Assembly (NCBI GenBank): GCA_036490555.1 | Contig: DASXDO010000006.1 | Coordinates: forward strand, 3,637-67,636 | Direction of reading: 5' to 3' | Length of the DNA: 64,000 nt | Origin: Solirubrobacteraceae bacterium | Lineage (GTDB): Bacteria > Actinomycetota > Thermoleophilia > Solirubrobacterales > Solirubrobacteraceae | Part shown: positions 1 to 9,587 of the stretch, one piece after another | How positions within the stretch are numbered: position 1 is the first letter of the stretch | Layout of the letters: every line of letters starts with the position of its first letter | Program-made: the position numbers and the translations under genes | Notes under the pieces: model-generated | Seen by the model: only the letters and a program-made list of their open reading frames with translations | Databases searched by the model: none | Told to the model about the DNA's origin: nothing

Positions 1-188
1 GGACCACCCGAATCGATGAGCGGATCGCCGAACTGCAGCGCCTGAAGGCAGGGCTGACGGAGTGCATCGGCTGCGGCTGTCTCTCGCTCGATCGCTGCCT
101 GCTAGCCAATCCTGGCGATCGCGCAGGGGCGCGTGGCCCTGGACCGCGCTACTGGATCGACGACCGCCCGCCTCAGCCTTCAAGCTAG
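1..188 (+). CDS. soxR: SoxR redox-sensitive MerR-family activator, 3' part (5'-truncated by the window)
   Basis: Frame from nt 3 reads ...RIAELQRLKAGLTECIGCGCLSLDRCLLANPGD...GPGPRYW...*; CIGCGCLSL..C is the SoxR [2Fe-2S] motif; TAG at 186-188. Confidence 0.92.
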   Translation, partial: TTRIDERIAELQRLKAGLTECIGCGCLSLDRCLLANPGDRAGARGPGPRYWIDDRPPQPSS

Positions 189-205
189 ACTGCTGCAGCT
201 ACGGC

Positions 206-287
206 GGCGGGGTTCCCGAGCGGTCAAAGGGGACGCGCTGTAAACGCGTTGGCTCTGCCTTCGCAGGTTCGAATCCTGCCCCCGCCA
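206..287 (+). tRNA. tRNA-Tyr(GTA)
   Basis: Acceptor GGCGGGG/CCCCGCC+A, anticodon arm ACGCG-CTGTAAA-CGCGT, long variable arm, T-loop GGTTCGAATCC; CCA not encoded. Confidence 0.96.
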
Positions 288-419
288 TGTCCAAGCGCTG
301 AAGGACAGCGGATTCCAGGCGAGGAAGGGACCGGCCAACGCTAGGCCAGGACTGGGGTTTTCAAGCGTGGTTCCGGGGGTCGAAAGGCACCTCGCAGCGC
401 GGATCTGGTTTTGAGCGGG

Positions 420-468
420 AGCATTTCGGGAGCACAGGCCGATCGAGTTCGGAAGCATTTCGGGAGCA
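420..468. repeat. 15-bp direct repeat AGCATTTCGGGAGCA x2 downstream of tRNA-Tyr
   Basis: Exact copies at 420-434 and 454-468. Confidence 0.85.
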
Positions 469-733
469 TGAGCAAGATCACGACCGCCGCATGCGCTCTT
501 CCGCCGCCGAAAGATATCGCGGGGTCTTCCCAATCTTCTGAGCACGTCAACGAGTGGACGTGATGGTCCCGCCGTCTCGGTTGACCGTGGGCGTGAAATC
601 GGCGAGTCGGGGCTTCTCGCTTTCGCCACGCTCATAGGCCCTCCAGGCACTGAGATACCGCCTGCCCCAGGGGGCAAGCAAGATCCACTGGTTGCCTTCG
701 GGTCGCTCCATGATGGCGAGGCTCAGCGCTCTC

Positions 734-1465
734 TCAGCTTCCTGGGTGGGGATCGACGTGGCATCTTGCGATCGTGTCATGCTCGCGCCACTCGGCGAGT
801 AGGCATTCGATCTCGTGGCCGCCGTCAGGTGACCGTATCGGGCTATAGAGCGAGTCGGCTGGATTCATGCGCGGGTCATATAAAGGAAGGCCAGCTACAA
901 AGCTGCCCCAGGTGTCGGCGAGATGCTCCGCAAGGTCGAGCCAGTTTCCCCGCGTCGAAAGACGCCGCCGTTCAGGATGGCGTCGTAGGACGGCGCGGCC
1001 AATCGGGTTGGGATGCCCTCCGAGGTCGCAGTGCGTTGCGTACTCGGCAGCGCGAAAGTTGCGGACGGCACGCTGGCGCATATGCCTTGGCATGAACTTC
1101 CTAACGAACTCATCGTGCGAGCCGGTCATCCAAGCCTTCGCCTCGTCGCGATTCTCGCTCATCAGGGTCAGCAGGTAGCCGCACTCGATTACCTGGCGGA
1201 CGAGCGCCGCAGCCGAATACCAAAGCTCAGCCTCGAACAGCCGTCGTGCGCCCTCGCCTAGCTCGGCGGCCATCATGGTCACGGTGGCAAATCCGGCCCC
1301 GGCTGCATCCCGGTCGAGGCAATGGTGCATCGCGAGTCGCTGACCGTTATTGTCCAGTGCCGCAGGAATCTCCCGAACGACCCGCTCCCGGAGCACCTGA
1401 GCTTCATCGTTCGCCAGCCCCGCTTCGAGGGCCTTCTCCCTCTCCTGCTTGAGGCTCAACACCAT
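734..1465 (-). CDS. Hypothetical protein, possibly DUF5677-like
   Basis: 243-aa ORF with AAALVRQVIE and YATHCDLGGHPN segments resembling that helical family. Confidence 0.55.
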   Translation of the reverse strand: MVLSLKQEREKALEAGLANDEAQVLRERVVREIPAALDNNGQRLAMHHCLDRDAAGAGFATVTMMAAELGEGARRLFEAELWYSAAALVRQVIECGYLLTLMSENRDEAKAWMTGSHDEFVRKFMPRHMRQRAVRNFRAAEYATHCDLGGHPNPIGRAVLRRHPERRRLSTRGNWLDLAEHLADTWGSFVAGLPLYDPRMNPADSLYSPIRSPDGGHEIECLLAEWREHDTIARCHVDPHPGS

Positions 1466-1674
1466 CGGCCAAGCCTAGCTGGCGGTTGAACCTAAGCGCC
1501 ACTCACGCAGCTCTCTGCACGCTGACAGCGAGATACATCGCTTCCAAGTCTGCATCTGGGGCCAGAGCAGGCTCCACGGAGTGCTTTTGAGCCGCAAAAG
1601 ACTCGCGAGCGCGTAAACGAGGGAACCATCCTTTACGCCTGACCGGCCCGCGCGAGGTCGTGTAGGCCAGGCGC

Positions 1675-1698
1675 TATAGTGTGACCACAAGGTGACCA
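1675..1698 (+). promoter_or_regulatory. Candidate -10 (TATAGT) and GTGACCA direct repeats (TA autoregulation site)
   Basis: TATAGT 1675-1680; GTGACCA at 1681-1687 and 1692-1698, just before the antitoxin ATG. Confidence 0.45.
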
Positions 1699-1699
1699 T

Positions 1700-1957
1700 A
1701 TGCCCAAGCTGAAGAACATCGGCGTGCGCGAGTTCCGCGACCACGCAACCAAGTACCTCGCAAGCCCTGAGCCCGTCGCGATCAACCGCCACGGGAAGGT
1801 GATCGGCTTCTACATCCCGCTCAAGCGCGACGAGGACGAGATAGGCATGGCGGTTGCGCAGTTGGGTCAGGCCGTCGATCGGGTCCTCAACGAGACTGGT
1901 ATGTCCGAGGATGAGTTTGCGCGCTTCCTCGACATACGCAGGCCCGCCTCTGGATGA
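1700..1957 (+). CDS. Phd/YefM-like antitoxin
   Basis: N-terminal IGVREFRDHATKYL..PVAINRHGKVIG; ATGA overlap with PIN gene. Confidence 0.8.
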   Translation: MPKLKNIGVREFRDHATKYLASPEPVAINRHGKVIGFYIPLKRDEDEIGMAVAQLGQAVDRVLNETGMSEDEFARFLDIRRPASG

Positions 1958-2403
1958 TCGTCGTCGCCGATGCCAGCGTCCTTGTCGCAGAGTTGCTGCG
2001 CAAGCGAGGCAGAGACCTCATCCAGCGCCCAGACCTACACATCCTGGTCGCTGAGGACCAGTGGGAGGAGACCCAGCACGAGCTATCCCGCCGCCTGGAC
2101 ATCATGCAGGACCAAGCCCGCCTCACAGCTGAGACCAGAGAAGCCCTGGATCAGGCGGTACAAGCACTGATCGACACGCACGCCATCGAAGTCGTCTCCC
2201 GCGAGACCTATGCCCCACTGGAACGAGCAGCCAAGCAGCGCGTCCCCCGCGACCAGCGCGACTGGCCACCTGTTGCCCTCGCGATGCTTCTCGACGCCGC
2301 AATCCTCACAGGCGACAACGACTTCCTCGGCTGCGGCTGCCCCACCTGGACCATCGAGACACTCCAACACGAGCTAGAAGGCCAAGCGCCACCGGCAGAG
2401 TAG
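1954..2403 (+). CDS. PIN-domain (VapC-like) toxin
   Basis: MIVVADASVLV, PRDQRDWPPVALA, ILTGDNDF acidic PIN motifs. Confidence 0.88.
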   Translation: MIVVADASVLVAELLRKRGRDLIQRPDLHILVAEDQWEETQHELSRRLDIMQDQARLTAETREALDQAVQALIDTHAIEVVSRETYAPLERAAKQRVPRDQRDWPPVALAMLLDAAILTGDNDFLGCGCPTWTIETLQHELEGQAPPAE

Positions 2404-2512
2404 CCTCGCCCCTCACACCGCCAACGCATACCCCTCCGCTACTTCGAGCACAGAGGGACGATGCGTCCCCCCGCCACTCGTTCCAATTATTGGAACTTGA
2501 CTGCCGCGAGAG

Positions 2513-2995
2513 CTACGCGGGTGCTGGGGGTGCTGGTGTGACGGCGGTGAGCTTGGTCGAACCGCCGCGTGGCGCCCGAGCAGCACGCCCGCCGCGGCGT
2601 CTGGCTGTCCCCGGCGTCGGCACGGTCGCCGATGCCGGGGACAGCGATGCCGGGGACAGCGATGCCGGGGAGCCGGGGTTGACGACTTGGACGCGCTCTC
2701 CGGTGGGCAGTCTTGCTTCGAGCGCGATGCCCATCGCCGCCATCAGCCGGAACGCGTTGTCGGTCGTGGGATTGGCTGTTGCAGAGGTCAGCAGCCGCCG
2801 CACGCTGGATGCGTCCAGGCCGGCGAGTTCGGCGAGCGCCTGCTTGGTGATGCCCTGCTGCTCGCGTGCCGTCTCGAGGATCGTCAGCATCGCGTTACGG
2901 GCGCGCAGTGCCTGCACTCGCCGGGCGTGCTCGGCACGCGCGGTCTCGGGAAGTAGCGCATCGACGGCGGCCTGATGGGCGGTCTTCGTAGGCAT
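2513..2995 (-). CDS. XRE-family HTH protein
   Basis: AREQQGITKQALAELAGLDASSVRRLL...NPT HTH; start reassigned to ATG 2995; palindrome GCATATATGC at 3019-3028 upstream. Confidence 0.8.
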   Translation of the reverse strand: MPTKTAHQAAVDALLPETARAEHARRVQALRARNAMLTILETAREQQGITKQALAELAGLDASSVRRLLTSATANPTTDNAFRLMAAMGIALEARLPTGERVQVVNPGSPASLSPASLSPASATVPTPGTARRRGGRAARAPRGGSTKLTAVTPAPPAPA

Positions 2996-3316
2996 TGCGC
3001 AAGCATAACACCTTCGTGGCATATATGCAACACGCGATGATGCTCTTCGCGAGCCGCCGCCGTTCGCCGTCGCGGATGATTTCGCTCGGGCCGTTCTCAG
3101 CGACGAAGAGCAAAGCTGATCGCCTGGGCCCACTGGTGCTGAGGGCGAGCGCCGCGTGCGCGAGCACTGCGCAGCCGAATGTGATTCTGTGGCGACGGGG
3201 CCTAGCCAACCGCACACGCCAGCGCACACGCGGGCCACAACGCCGCATAGCCATGCGCTTTGTGTCCTATCCCCGCCACTCCGTACCACCTTCTGGCAGT
3301 ACTGGGTCCCAGGCCG

Positions 3317-3547
3317 ATGGCAAAGCTCCTGGTGGCGTTTCCTGACGATCTCCTGGAGCGCATCGACATGCAGGCGCGAGCCCGGCATGAGAGCCGCAGC
3401 GACTTTCTGCGCAAGCTGGCCGACCGCGAGCTTGACACCGGTGTCGGTCGCGCTGCTCACGCAGGGAATCGCACCGAGAAGACCGTCGCGGTGAAGACAG
3501 CTAAGGTCAGGTCTGTGAGCAAGAAGCACAAAGGCAAAGGTAGGTAA
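3317..3547 (+). CDS. CopG/ribbon-helix-helix protein
   Basis: MAKLLVAFPDDLLERIDMQARARHESRSDFLR is a typical RHH pattern. Confidence 0.7.
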   Translation: MAKLLVAFPDDLLERIDMQARARHESRSDFLRKLADRELDTGVGRAAHAGNRTEKTVAVKTAKVRSVSKKHKGKGR

Positions 3548-3590
3548 GTAGCAGGCCAAAGCCAGGCAAACCGTCGAGCAAGGAGGAGCC

Positions 3591-4598
3591 ATGGCAGAGG
3601 ATGAGACAAGCTGGAACAGCGGGCTGTGGGCGATGGCCGACCTGTTCACGCCAATGGCGATCCGGGTGGCGGCGACGCTGCGCCTGGCCGACCACATCGC
3701 CGTAGGCACGCAGACAGCGACGGCGCTGGCCGCCGCGGTCGACGCCGACGAGGACGCACTGGGGCGTCTGCTCGATCACCTCGTGACCGCGGGTGTGCTC
3801 TCCTTCACAGCGACCAACACATACGGCCTGACAGACCTGGGCGAGCAACTCCGCGACGACGCTCCAAACGGGATCCGGCCCTGGATCGACGCAGAGGGCT
3901 CAGTCGGACGCGCCGATCTCTGCCTCGTCCATCTGCTGCACACAGTTCGCACCGGCGAGCCCGCGTTCCCGCTTCAGTTCGGCCGTTCCTTCTGGGATGA
4001 CCTGGAGGCGGACCCTGAGCGGGCGGCGGCCTTTGACGCGATCATGGGCGATCGTCTGACGGCGGACGCGCCGACCGTCGCTGCCGCCTACCCCTGGGGC
4101 GAGCTTGGCGAGCTCGTCGATGCTGGCGGCGGCGATGGGACCCTCTTGATCGCGATCCTGCGTGCCCACGAGAAGCTTAAGGGGACGGTGATCGACCTCG
4201 CCGGCCCTGTGACCCGCGCGAAGCAGGCAATCGCGACGGCCGGTCTGAGCGATCGGGCCGACGCGACGGTTGGGAGCTTCTTCGACGCGCTGCCAAAGGC
4301 GGGTGGCTACCTGCTCTCAGGGGTCCTGCACAACTGGGATGACGCAGATGCGCTTCGCATCCTCCAGCGATGCGTCGAAGCATCCTCTGGAGCAGGAAGG
4401 GTGCTCGTCGCGGACCACGTCGACGTCGAGGGCGGCCTGCCAAGCACCGAGGGCGACCTACGCATGCTCGCCTACTTTCGCGGCAGGGAACGCAGCTACG
4501 AGCAACTGAGCGAGTTGGCGAGGGCAGCGGGACTACAGGTCAGCTCAGTCCAGCCTGCAGGCTCGCGCTCGATCGTCGAGCTGCGCAGATCTACCTGA
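3591..4598 (+). CDS. SAM-dependent O-methyltransferase (dimerisation + Methyltransf_2)
   Basis: DAGGGDG motif I, GSFFD, VLHNWDD; AGGAGG RBS. Confidence 0.92.
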   Translation: MAEDETSWNSGLWAMADLFTPMAIRVAATLRLADHIAVGTQTATALAAAVDADEDALGRLLDHLVTAGVLSFTATNTYGLTDLGEQLRDDAPNGIRPWIDAEGSVGRADLCLVHLLHTVRTGEPAFPLQFGRSFWDDLEADPERAAAFDAIMGDRLTADAPTVAAAYPWGELGELVDAGGGDGTLLIAILRAHEKLKGTVIDLAGPVTRAKQAIATAGLSDRADATVGSFFDALPKAGGYLLSGVLHNWDDADALRILQRCVEASSGAGRVLVADHVDVEGGLPSTEGDLRMLAYFRGRERSYEQLSELARAAGLQVSSVQPAGSRSIVELRRST

Positions 4599-7500
4599 TC
4601 CTCGTAGCGTCGCCCTTTGCCTTTGCCCATAGCAAGCTTGATCTTGCCGCCTTTGACCCCCTTGCCACCGAGCCTCGCCACGAGGTGCCCATGCCGCTTC
4701 AGCAGCTTTACTGCGGCCTTGTCGAGCTTGACCTTGACCCGCTTGGAGGCACCCTTGGCGATCGAGTACTTCGCGTAGCCAATTACGACCGTCCTTGCCT
4801 CGTGACCAAACCAGATCTTCGCCGTGAGCTCCAGAGTACCCCTGCAGGCGCCATTGCCTTGGCAGCGGATCGTCAGCGTCGCGCCTTTCCCAGCGACCGT
4901 CGCCGACCTTGGCGCGCTGGCCGTGCCCTTCCCTTCTTCTTTGCCCTTCCCTTCCTTGCCTTTCCCAGTTTCTTCTTTGTCTTCCCTGGTTTCAGCCAGA
5001 GCACTGAATGTCGCGGTGACGATCTCGTCGGCGCCAAGGATGACCACGCATGCTCCAATGCCGGCGCAGCCGTCGCCAGACCAGCCGTCGAACGTAACGT
5101 CATCGTCCGGAGTCGCAATAAGAGTCACTTCCGTGCCCTCACCGAACGCGGCAGAGCAAGTGGTGGCACAGTCGATGCCTGCGGGCATACTCGTGACGGC
5201 ACCACTTGCGCCACCGGCAGTCAGCACCGTCAGCGTGTGCATGACCGTCATGAAGGTCGCGCCCACAGCTACATTGCTCTGGCCAACGAGCACCGTGCAG
5301 CTGTCGCCGCTGCTGCTGGTGCAGCCTTCCCAGACGACCTGGTTGTGTGCCGCCGGGGTCGCGGTGAGGACGATCGTCGCCGCTTCCACGTAGGCGCCTG
5401 AGCACGTCCCGCTGCCGTTCGCGCATTCCTGGATCGCTCCAGAGGCTGCGCTGACTGACCCCGAGCCGTGCGAGCTCACGCTGACGGTGCGCGTCGGCAA
5501 TGCGTAGGTGAAGCGATCGGCGCTGCTCGTGGGCGAGACGCCGCCTGCAGTCGTCACGGTCACGTCGACAGTTTCAGCAGGGCTTGCCGGGCTCTGCACC
5601 TCGATTTCAGAAGCAGTGTCCCTGATCGGAGCGGCCGTTGCCTTCGTGGCGCCGAACCTGACTTCGGTCGCATCTGCGAGGTTGGCGCCCTTGATCGTGA
5701 CCGTCGTCGCGCCTAGGGTGCTACCTTCGCTCGGTGTCACCGAGCTGACGGACGGTGGCGGGATTTCATAAGTGAATTCGTCAGCCGCGTCGGCGGGGCT
5801 GGTGCGTTCTGGAGTGCTGATGGTGACATCGACGGCGCCGCCCACACCGGGCGGCGAAACGGCGGTGACTTCCGTCGCTGACTTGACTTCGACGTCGGTG
5901 GCTTGTGCGGCGCCAAAGCTGACCGTCGTGACTTCGGTGAGGTTGGTCCCTGTGATCCTCACCACAGTCCCACCAGCAGCAGGTCCTTCGCTCGGATCGA
6001 TACCGGTGACAGTCGGTATTGGCGGGAGGGCGAGTACCCACGCCGTTCCGACTCCTCCTCGCAGGCCAGGGGAGCCGATCAGGACAGTGGTGCCTTCGGC
6101 GGAAAGCGCAACGCCTGCGCCAAAAAGGCCAGAGATATCTTCATCGCTACCCTCGCCAGCCGCGGTGAGCTTCTGCCCCTGCGAGACCCAGGCGCGACCC
6201 GAGTGCGTGAAGAGCCAGGCCGCCCCCGCATATTCGTTGTCAAGACTGGCGCTGATCAGCGCGGTGTCGCCGTCGGCGGACAGGGCCACATCATCGCCAA
6301 AGTCACCTTCGCCGATCTCGCCGGTGCCCTCGCCTGAGCAGTTGCTCTTGCAATCCCCTTCGAGCTTCGGGCCCTGGGTCCAGGCGCCGTTCGAGCGAGT
6401 GTAGACCCACGCCGCACCTACCCAGAAGTACGGCAAGGCCTTGGTTCCATCTTTGAAACCGCCGATCAGCGCGGTGTCGCCATCGGCGGACAACGCAACG
6501 CTCTGGCCGAACTGGCTATTGCCGTTCTCGTTACTTGGGGTGAGCTTTGATCCCTGCTGAGCCCAGGCTCCATTCGCGCGCGTGAAGGTCCACGCCGCCC
6601 CCGTAAACGCGTCGTCACTCGAGCCGCCGATCAGCGCGGTGTCGCCATTGGTGGACAGCGCGACGCTCTGGCCAAAGCTACCGCCCCCAGTCTCGCCGCT
6701 GCCCTCATCTGCGCAGTTGCTCCTACAGTCTCCGACGAGCTTCGGGCCCTGCTGGGCCCAGACGCCGCCAGAGCGCGTGAACACCCACGCCGCCCCTTCC
6801 CCTTCGTCGTCCTCATTGCCGCCGACCAGCGCAGTGTCGCCATCTTCAGACAGCGCCACGCCCTCGCCGAATTTGGCATGACCCTCTGCGCCGGTGCCCT
6901 CATCGGCACAGTTGCTTTCGCAGTCCCCGACGAGCTTCGCCTGCTGTGTCCAAACGCCGCCTGAGCGCGTGAACACCCACACCGCTCCCGCTCCGATGCT
7001 CCCCACGCCGCCGTCGTCCCACGGAGCGCTGATCAGGGCAGTGTTGCCATCCGCGGACAGCGCAACGTGATCGCCGAACACGCCTTTGTCGATCTCGCCA
7101 GTGCCCTCGCCCGTGCAGCCGCCTTCGCAGTCTCCGACGAGCTTTGGGCCCTGCTGGGCCCAGACGCCGCCTGAGCGCGTGAACACCCACACCGCTCCCT
7201 CGTCGTCGTCGTCGCTACCACCGCCGATCAAGACGGTGTTGCCGTCTGCCGAGACAGCCACGCTTTCGCCGAAGGAGCCTTCGCCGCTCTCTTCGGCTCC
7301 AGTCAGCTCGGGCCCCTGCGTATAGAGGTACTCGTCGGCCGCGCTGGTCGTGCTCGTGCCTACGGGCGTGGTCACGGTAACGTCGACCACGCCTGTCCCC
7401 GCCGGCGAGACGGCGCTGATCGAGGTTTCCGACTCCACCGTGAAGCTCTCCGCGTCCACTGCGCCAAACTTCACCTGCGTCACGCCTGCGAAGTTCGTGC

Positions 7501-9448
7501 CTGTGATCGTCACGGTCGTGCCTCCGACAGACGGCCCGCTTTCCGGGTTCAGGCCGGTGAGCGTCGGCGGCGCCGTCCTGAAGGACATGTCTTTCCCAGC
7601 CTTGGTCCCCGCCTCGTTGGTCGCGACGAGGCGATAGTGGTAGGTCGTATCCGCTTCGAGGCCGGCGATCGATTGACTGACTTCTTTGGCGAGCTTGCCT
7701 TCTCCCGCAGAGGCAGCGGGGACTGGCGCGCTGGTCCCGTATGAGATGCTCGTCCCATATTCGAAGTAATAGGTCGTCGCGGCGTCGTTTGGATTCACCG
7801 TGCCCTCGAGCGTCGCGCCGTGTTCGGTCGCTTCCACCGCCCCACTCGTCGCAACGGAGGGCGGCCCTTCGGCGAGTTGGAGAGGACTGTCTGGCGTGCC
7901 GTTGCCGGTCGGCCCGTCATAGCCGACATCGGCGCTGCACAGATATTCTGCTCCGCCTGCCGGCGGCGTGCACTTCCCGCCCGAGACCTTCCCGTCCCTG
8001 CCTGACGTGACGTCGAAGAGGAAGCCCGGGTCTTGGTAGAAGGCGGCTGCGCCAGGCAGAGATCGTGTGTATTCACTGGTGTGGGCCTCGATGCCCGCCA
8101 CCAAAGGTGCGCTTACGCTCGTGCCGCCGACGTTGATCCAACCCCCCACGCTGCTGTTGTAGACCGAGACAGGCGTTTCGGTGCTCGCGACGGCAGCGAC
8201 GTCGTTGCCGGTCCTGTGGGCACAGCCGCTGTCGCTCTGCCAGATCGGCTTCGCCTCGGATCTGCTGCAGCCACCTCCGCTTTTCGCCCAGACTTCCTCG
8301 GACCAACCGCGTGCGTTTGCAGCCTTCCTCAGGCTGGTGCCACCAACGGCAACCACGTACGGTGAGGTGGCCGGAAAGTTGGCTGATTTCTCGCCGGCCA
8401 CGTAGTCGTCATAGCCGCTGTCGCCAGCTGACGCGGTGACGAGGATGCCAGGGTGGTCGTAGTCTGCGTTGTATCCTTCGCAGTTGCTGGCTTCACAGTT
8501 TTCCTCGGCGATGCCATAGCTGTTCGAGATCTCAGTGGCGCCATGCGTGGCAGCGACGTCGGCGGCTTTTGCAAGGTCGGCGACGGAAGGGGTGGTGGCC
8601 TCCACCAGCGTGATGTGACATGCAGGGCATGCCGCCGAGGCCATGTCCAAGTCCAGCGCCGCCTCGACATCCCATTCCGCTTCGGCTTCCTCTTCTTCGG
8701 TCTTTCTTCCGGCTTTGGGATAGTTGGCTTCTTCACCCTCCTCGTTGACCTTTTTGAAGCAGCCGCTCGCCTGCGTGCACGCGCCCAGCCCGTAGTGGCT
8801 GCGGTACGTCGCGAGATCCGATTCGGCCGCGCTGTAGCCGTAAGCATCGACCAGCGCAATCGTCTGGGTCGAGCCTCCTGAGCTCGGGATGTCGTACGCC
8901 GACTGCAGATCCTCCGGGTCATATCCACCCTTTTCGCCGCTGCCTTCGAGCAGCGGCCCACCCGCCGGCAACGCCCAGTGACCTGCCACCTCCACCGCTG
9001 GCGGATCGACGATCGCTTCGCATGGCCCATGCGGGCAGGCCCAGTGGGGCTCAGTCGCAGAGGGCGTTTGAGAGATCCCAGGCTCCGCCGGCTTGCTGTG
9101 CACCTCGCCGCCTGAGCCGCGCCTCGGTGCGCTGGACTCGTCCACGTCGCTTGCCTGCCAGGCTTCCGCGAATGCGCCACCGCCGCGTGCAAGCAGGTCG
9201 GCCGTCTTGTGTGAACGTGCAGCCGACCTCGCCTGTGAAGACGTCGCGGTCGCTTGCCTCCGAGAGGGATGGGGAAAGGGGTTAGGGGTGGGGGTGGCGA
9301 GGTTCGAGACCAAGCTCGAGTCGCTCCTGACATTGCCAGAAGACGCACCCAACAATGCGATCCCCAACGTGGCCACCACCGAGACGAGAACCGCCCCCAA
9401 GAGCACCGCTGCCACTCGGCCGCGCCGACCTCGTCCCTCTCCTTTCAT
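4496..9448 (-). CDS. Large secreted S53 (sedolisin-like) peptidase with IPT/TIG domains, FG-GAP-like propeller repeats and C-terminal beta-repeats
   Basis: Signal/TM segment; EAALDLDM, SAGDSG, GGTSVSAP catalytic motifs; three GGTxVTITGTN IPT repeats; repeated FGxSVALSADGDTALIG. Confidence 0.88.
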   Translation of the reverse strand: MKGEGRGRRGRVAAVLLGAVLVSVVATLGIALLGASSGNVRSDSSLVSNLATPTPNPFPHPSRRQATATSSQARSAARSHKTADLLARGGGAFAEAWQASDVDESSAPRRGSGGEVHSKPAEPGISQTPSATEPHWACPHGPCEAIVDPPAVEVAGHWALPAGGPLLEGSGEKGGYDPEDLQSAYDIPSSGGSTQTIALVDAYGYSAAESDLATYRSHYGLGACTQASGCFKKVNEEGEEANYPKAGRKTEEEEAEAEWDVEAALDLDMASAACPACHITLVEATTPSVADLAKAADVAATHGATEISNSYGIAEENCEASNCEGYNADYDHPGILVTASAGDSGYDDYVAGEKSANFPATSPYVVAVGGTSLRKAANARGWSEEVWAKSGGGCSRSEAKPIWQSDSGCAHRTGNDVAAVASTETPVSVYNSSVGGWINVGGTSVSAPLVAGIEAHTSEYTRSLPGAAAFYQDPGFLFDVTSGRDGKVSGGKCTPPAGGAEYLCSADVGYDGPTGNGTPDSPLQLAEGPPSVATSGAVEATEHGATLEGTVNPNDAATTYYFEYGTSISYGTSAPVPAASAGEGKLAKEVSQSIAGLEADTTYHYRLVATNEAGTKAGKDMSFRTAPPTLTGLNPESGPSVGGTTVTITGTNFAGVTQVKFGAVDAESFTVESETSISAVSPAGTGVVDVTVTTPVGTSTTSAADEYLYTQGPELTGAEESGEGSFGESVAVSADGNTVLIGGGSDDDDEGAVWVFTRSGGVWAQQGPKLVGDCEGGCTGEGTGEIDKGVFGDHVALSADGNTALISAPWDDGGVGSIGAGAVWVFTRSGGVWTQQAKLVGDCESNCADEGTGAEGHAKFGEGVALSEDGDTALVGGNEDDEGEGAAWVFTRSGGVWAQQGPKLVGDCRSNCADEGSGETGGGSFGQSVALSTNGDTALIGGSSDDAFTGAAWTFTRANGAWAQQGSKLTPSNENGNSQFGQSVALSADGDTALIGGFKDGTKALPYFWVGAAWVYTRSNGAWTQGPKLEGDCKSNCSGEGTGEIGEGDFGDDVALSADGDTALISASLDNEYAGAAWLFTHSGRAWVSQGQKLTAAGEGSDEDISGLFGAGVALSAEGTTVLIGSPGLRGGVGTAWVLALPPIPTVTGIDPSEGPAAGGTVVRITGTNLTEVTTVSFGAAQATDVEVKSATEVTAVSPPGVGGAVDVTISTPERTSPADAADEFTYEIPPPSVSSVTPSEGSTLGATTVTIKGANLADATEVRFGATKATAAPIRDTASEIEVQSPASPAETVDVTVTTAGGVSPTSSADRFTYALPTRTVSVSSHGSGSVSAASGAIQECANGSGTCSGAYVEAATIVLTATPAAHNQVVWEGCTSSSGDSCTVLVGQSNVAVGATFMTVMHTLTVLTAGGASGAVTSMPAGIDCATTCSAAFGEGTEVTLIATPDDDVTFDGWSGDGCAGIGACVVILGADEIVTATFSALAETREDKEETGKGKEGKGKEEGKGTASAPRSATVAGKGATLTIRCQGNGACRGTLELTAKIWFGHEARTVVIGYAKYSIAKGASKRVKVKLDKAAVKLLKRHGHLVARLGGKGVKGGKIKLAMGKGKGRRYEDQVDLRSSTIEREPAGWTELTCSPAALANSLSCS

Positions 9449-9587
9449 CTGTGCCTCACCGTCATGCCCAAGCCGGCCACGAAGACCGAGCCTCCCCTAT
9501 CGGTTCGCGATTGTGGCCTACATTGTACGGCGCTCTGTTAGCCACCCAGCCGGTGAGAGCTGGCGTCCAGCCGGCCTGACCGCAGCG

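Noticed and set aside
547..780. 77-aa minus-strand ORF near the tRNA
   Set aside because: No recognisable motif and overlaps the neighbouring ORF; cannot be supported
2468..2476. CCCCCGCCA matching the tRNA-Tyr 3' end as attR
   Set aside because: Only 9 bp of GC-rich sequence; expected by chance
2996..3709. 398-aa version of the XRE ORF and similar long N-terminal extensions (10665-14411, 50422, 53787-55640)
   Set aside because: Extensions overlap other genes and lack RBS support; starts were reassigned
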